From Flavobacteriales bacterium (GTDB lineage: Bacteria > Bacteroidota > Bacteroidia > Flavobacteriales_C > GCA-002722245): a DNA stretch of 61,784 bases. Location: the NCBI GenBank assembly GCA_029251005.1, contig JAQXEE010000022.1, positions 1 through 61,784 on the forward strand, given 5' to 3'. Position 1 is the first letter of the stretch, and each line of letters opens with the position of its first letter. The notes under the pieces are model-generated. The model made no database searches. It worked only from the letters and a program-made list of their open reading frames with translations, and was not told the DNA's origin. Both the position numbers and the translations under genes were made by a program. Positions 59,068 to 61,784 of this stretch are shown here, in pieces.

Positions 59068-59088
59068 AGTATCAAATTTAGCATTTTT

Positions 59089-60276
59089 TTACATTTTTAC
59101 TAGCCTATGCGTAAAACTAGTTTTCTCATTTTGAATTTGTAATATATAAAAGCCCTTTTTTACAGAAGACATATCTATTGAGCCCTGCTTAATGTCCCCT
59201 GTTTTAACTACGCTTCCTGCTGGGTTATAAAGTCTAAACACACCTTCCAAAATCCCTGCAATATGAACATGCTTTGTTACAGGATTGGGATAGACACTCA
59301 AATTAAAGGCTAATTCATCTTGGTTCAAATGAATTTTATTCGATTTTAATTTAGCGTCAATAACATTTAGTAAAGAATTTTCGCCAAAACAATCTTGTCC
59401 TAATTCCCAAATCATCACTCCTCCAGCTCCATTATCAATAGCGTATTGTACTTTATCTTCAATCGTTGAAATTCCGTTAAAATAAAGTAGTCCTTCATCG
59501 GTCATAATTTCATCTTGATATAAACTATCTGGGTATGCAGATACAATTTCACACCAAGTCCATGCAGGAACTTCAGCAACTTGAAATTCATAACCGTAAA
59601 AAGGTAAACCAATAATAATATTCTTTTTGTAAGCACCTCTACCGCTCCAATAATTAAAATCACCTGTTGTTTGCGACATAGGAGAATGTTGTCCTGGATT
59701 TGACAATGTCCAGGGTCCGGTATTATCATAAGACATTAAATTCAAAAGATCATAATCTTCAACTGTTTCTCTCTCAATAGAGCTTCCAGTCCATTTAGCT
59801 AAAGCAGCACTAACTTCAATATTATGAACTTTTGCCGAATCCATTAAATCTTGAACAAAATCGTCATAGGTTGACATTTGTACCATCGATCCTTCTAAAT
59901 CAACATCTACTCCATCCAAATTATTCTCTAAAACAAAACTCATTAAGGAATGAATTAATGCAGGACGATTGGCCTCATCCGTTTTATTACGGTAAGTATC
60001 TTCAGCAACAGTTGATAATCCACCACCTCCAATTGAAATAAACACTTTACAATTCGCTAAGTGTGCTTTTTCAACTAAAGGCTCTAAATTTTGAGAAAAA
60101 ATAAATTCTCCCTCTGAACCTGGATTGGCAAAAGAGGCACAAACATGTGTGATTTTTGAGAAATCAATATTATTTAACATTTCAAATCTATAAGTTGGTA
60201 AATATCCAACTACTTTAAAAGCCTGAGCTTGATTTATAAAAACTGTAAAAATTAAAAGAGCTAAAATTCGTTTCAT
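59089..60276 (-). CDS. GH18 glycoside hydrolase (chitinase-like) with T9SS CTD
   Basis: VVGYLP, SIGGG, LDGVDVDLE (DxDxE), MSYD, GVMIWELGQD; CTD VYPNP...GFYILQI; start placed at MKRILALL because TATGTTTG (-7) overlaps ATG 60306. Confidence 0.9.
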   Translation of the reverse strand: MKRILALLIFTVFINQAQAFKVVGYLPTYRFEMLNNIDFSKITHVCASFANPGSEGEFIFSQNLEPLVEKAHLANCKVFISIGGGGLSTVAEDTYRNKTDEANRPALIHSLMSFVLENNLDGVDVDLEGSMVQMSTYDDFVQDLMDSAKVHNIEVSAALAKWTGSSIERETVEDYDLLNLMSYDNTGPWTLSNPGQHSPMSQTTGDFNYWSGRGAYKKNIIIGLPFYGYEFQVAEVPAWTWCEIVSAYPDSLYQDEIMTDEGLLYFNGISTIEDKVQYAIDNGAGGVMIWELGQDCFGENSLLNVIDAKLKSNKIHLNQDELAFNLSVYPNPVTKHVHIAGILEGVFRLYNPAGSVVKTGDIKQGSIDMSSVKKGFYILQIQNEKTSFTHRLVKM

Positions 60277-60467
60277 AAGTTTTGTGTTAAGGATTGAAAC
60301 AAACATAAGTTAATATAGCACATACTACTAAATCCCAATGCAGACAGGAACAGGACAAAGTAGAAGACAGAATAAAGACTTCCTAAGAAGTTAATTTTCC
60401 TTAATATGCTATTTATAGGTACAGATTCCCTAAAGATGTAATAACTTTATGTTTTAAGATAAGCATT

Positions 60468-61088
60468 ATGAAACAGCTATTAATCCTCCTTACTTTAATA
60501 CCATTTCTTTCATTTAGTCAAAAAGACACAACTCGAAAAATTGTTAAAATAACCGGAATCACAGTAAGTAGTGATAGCCTAAAACCGGTGCCCTTTGCAA
60601 ATATAATGGTTAAAGGAAATTACACGGGAACAATGGGAGATCACTCTGGCTTTTATAGTATTGTAGCCACAACAGGTGATACATTAATATTTTCAAGTAT
60701 TGGTTTTAAAAATGAAGAATATATCATTCCTGACACTTTAGAAAACAAGCAGTACTCCCTAATTCAAATTTTACTTCAGGATACAATAGAACTTCCTGAA
60801 ACTCGCATAAGCGTCTGGCCTAGTTATGACCAGTTTAAACAAGCTTTCTTAAACACTGAAGTTAAAGATGATGAATTAGCAAGAGCTAAGAGGAATCTTG
60901 ATAGCGATATATTAAAAGAACAGGCCATTAATTTGACACTTGGTGCAGGTGGGAATCAAAAATACATGCAAGACACTTATAATGCTAGGTTATATTACAG
61001 TGGTCAGCTCCCCCCTAACAACTTGCTCAATCCTGTTGCTTGGACTAAGCTAATTAAGGCTTGGAAAGATGGCAAATTTGATGACTAA
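60468..61088 (+). CDS. Carboxypeptidase-like regulatory domain-containing protein
   Basis: Signal peptide; LKPVPFANI...GFYSIVA..GDTLIFSSIGFK; C-terminal NLLNPVAW. Confidence 0.8.
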   Translation: MKQLLILLTLIPFLSFSQKDTTRKIVKITGITVSSDSLKPVPFANIMVKGNYTGTMGDHSGFYSIVATTGDTLIFSSIGFKNEEYIIPDTLENKQYSLIQILLQDTIELPETRISVWPSYDQFKQAFLNTEVKDDELARAKRNLDSDILKEQAINLTLGAGGNQKYMQDTYNARLYYSGQLPPNNLLNPVAWTKLIKAWKDGKFDD

Positions 61089-61153
61089 AACATTATGTCA
61101 ACTTCACCAAGTAAACCGTTCTACCTTACTGAATAAAGTCGAACGACTTATCT

Positions 61154-61459
61154 TCATCCAACTTTTTTGATTAAAACTTGTTTTGGAAACTGCGGGAGCA
61201 ACAACTCGATATGAGCTTTAAAAACAGACTCTTTCCACTTTAATTGAAAAAGGTATTTTTCTTGCTTTAAAAAATAAACATAATGAAAGTCATTATCGAT
61301 TTGAGTAACTAGCCTTGTTATATCAGATAAATACGAAGCTTTTGACTTTGCAAATTGAGCAACAAAAAACGATGGTGAAATATCCTCTAATAAACTGAAA
61401 AATTCGTTTATTGATCGAACATTAATATAATTCTTGAGTTTACTGTTTGAATAAGTCAT
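61154..61459 (-). CDS. Hypothetical protein (101 aa)
   Basis: ATG ORF in an intergenic gap with an A-rich leader; no family recognised. Confidence 0.55.
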   Translation of the reverse strand: MTYSNSKLKNYINVRSINEFFSLLEDISPSFFVAQFAKSKASYLSDITRLVTQIDNDFHYVYFLKQEKYLFQLKWKESVFKAHIELLLPQFPKQVLIKKVG

Positions 61460-61542
61460 AGCTTCTTTATTTGATTATTTTCAAATATACCAGACCAAAC
61501 CGTAACCAGTTTACGGTGCTTTAATTTCACACAAAAACCTAA

Positions 61543-61782
61543 TTATTTAAACAAAGACTGAAGAGCTCTTTTCTTCAAATCGTTTGAAATAATTTCTTTT
61601 TGATGACTCTTACTCATTGCAAATACAACATCATAAGTAAAACTTGCAGTTTCTACTTTAGTATCAATGATATAAAATCTTCGAGGATAGTAAAAAGATG
61701 TTTCCTTTGGTAATTCATAAAATGCCTTAATCTCACCAGACTCAATATCGTAAAAAGCATACTTTCCTTTTTTAACATCAAA
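61543..61782 (-). CDS. Hypothetical protein, C-terminal 79 aa, truncated by window edge
   Basis: Own translation: open frame FDVKKGKYAFYDIESG...LKKRALQSLFK* running off the window end; absent from the ORF track. Confidence 0.7.
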   Translation of the reverse strand, partial: FDVKKGKYAFYDIESGEIKAFYELPKETSFYYPRRFYIIDTKVETASFTYDVVFAMSKSHQKEIISNDLKKRALQSLFK

Positions 61783-61784
61783 CT

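Noticed and set aside
1817-60041. Short ORFs from the track that overlap longer genes, mostly antisense (e.g. 1817-2035, 4454-4723, 6785-7111, 12271-12651, 15361-15810, 20042-20365, 24744-25082, 52885-53157)
   Set aside because: They overlap well-supported genes on the opposite strand or in another frame and show no recognisable motifs; treated as shadow ORFs

Overview
A gene-dense, AT-rich stretch of core chromosome from a free-living Bacteroidota, probably a gliding Flavobacteriales-type bacterium. It holds about 54 CDSs: gliding and type IX secretion genes (gldF, gldG, gldJ, porP/sprF family, porU), central metabolism and housekeeping genes (rpe, panB, panE, purA, fur, pdhA, pdhC, murF, phosphohexomutase, transaldolase, acetoacetate-CoA ligase), an ECF sigma/anti-sigma pair, a TonB-dependent receptor with a lipoprotein partner, an AlgI/AlgJ-type O-acylation operon, and two T9SS cargo enzymes (CE4+CBM6, GH18). 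I saw no rRNA, tRNA, CRISPR array, IS element or prophage. The most unusual locus is 26.3-29.6 kb: a candidate structured ~80-nt sRNA, a catalytically degenerate NUMOD4-HNH-HTH gene in an apparent operon with a stand-alone thioester-reductase-type SDR, and a convergent Sfp-type PPTase, with no carrier protein in view. Also notable are a secreted protein with four 186-bp repeats, many apparently leaderless genes, a shared TGTTAC-N15/16-GTTATTA motif upstream of gldJ and porP, and a truncated sanA remnant. Family assignments come from motif recognition by eye; no database search was run.
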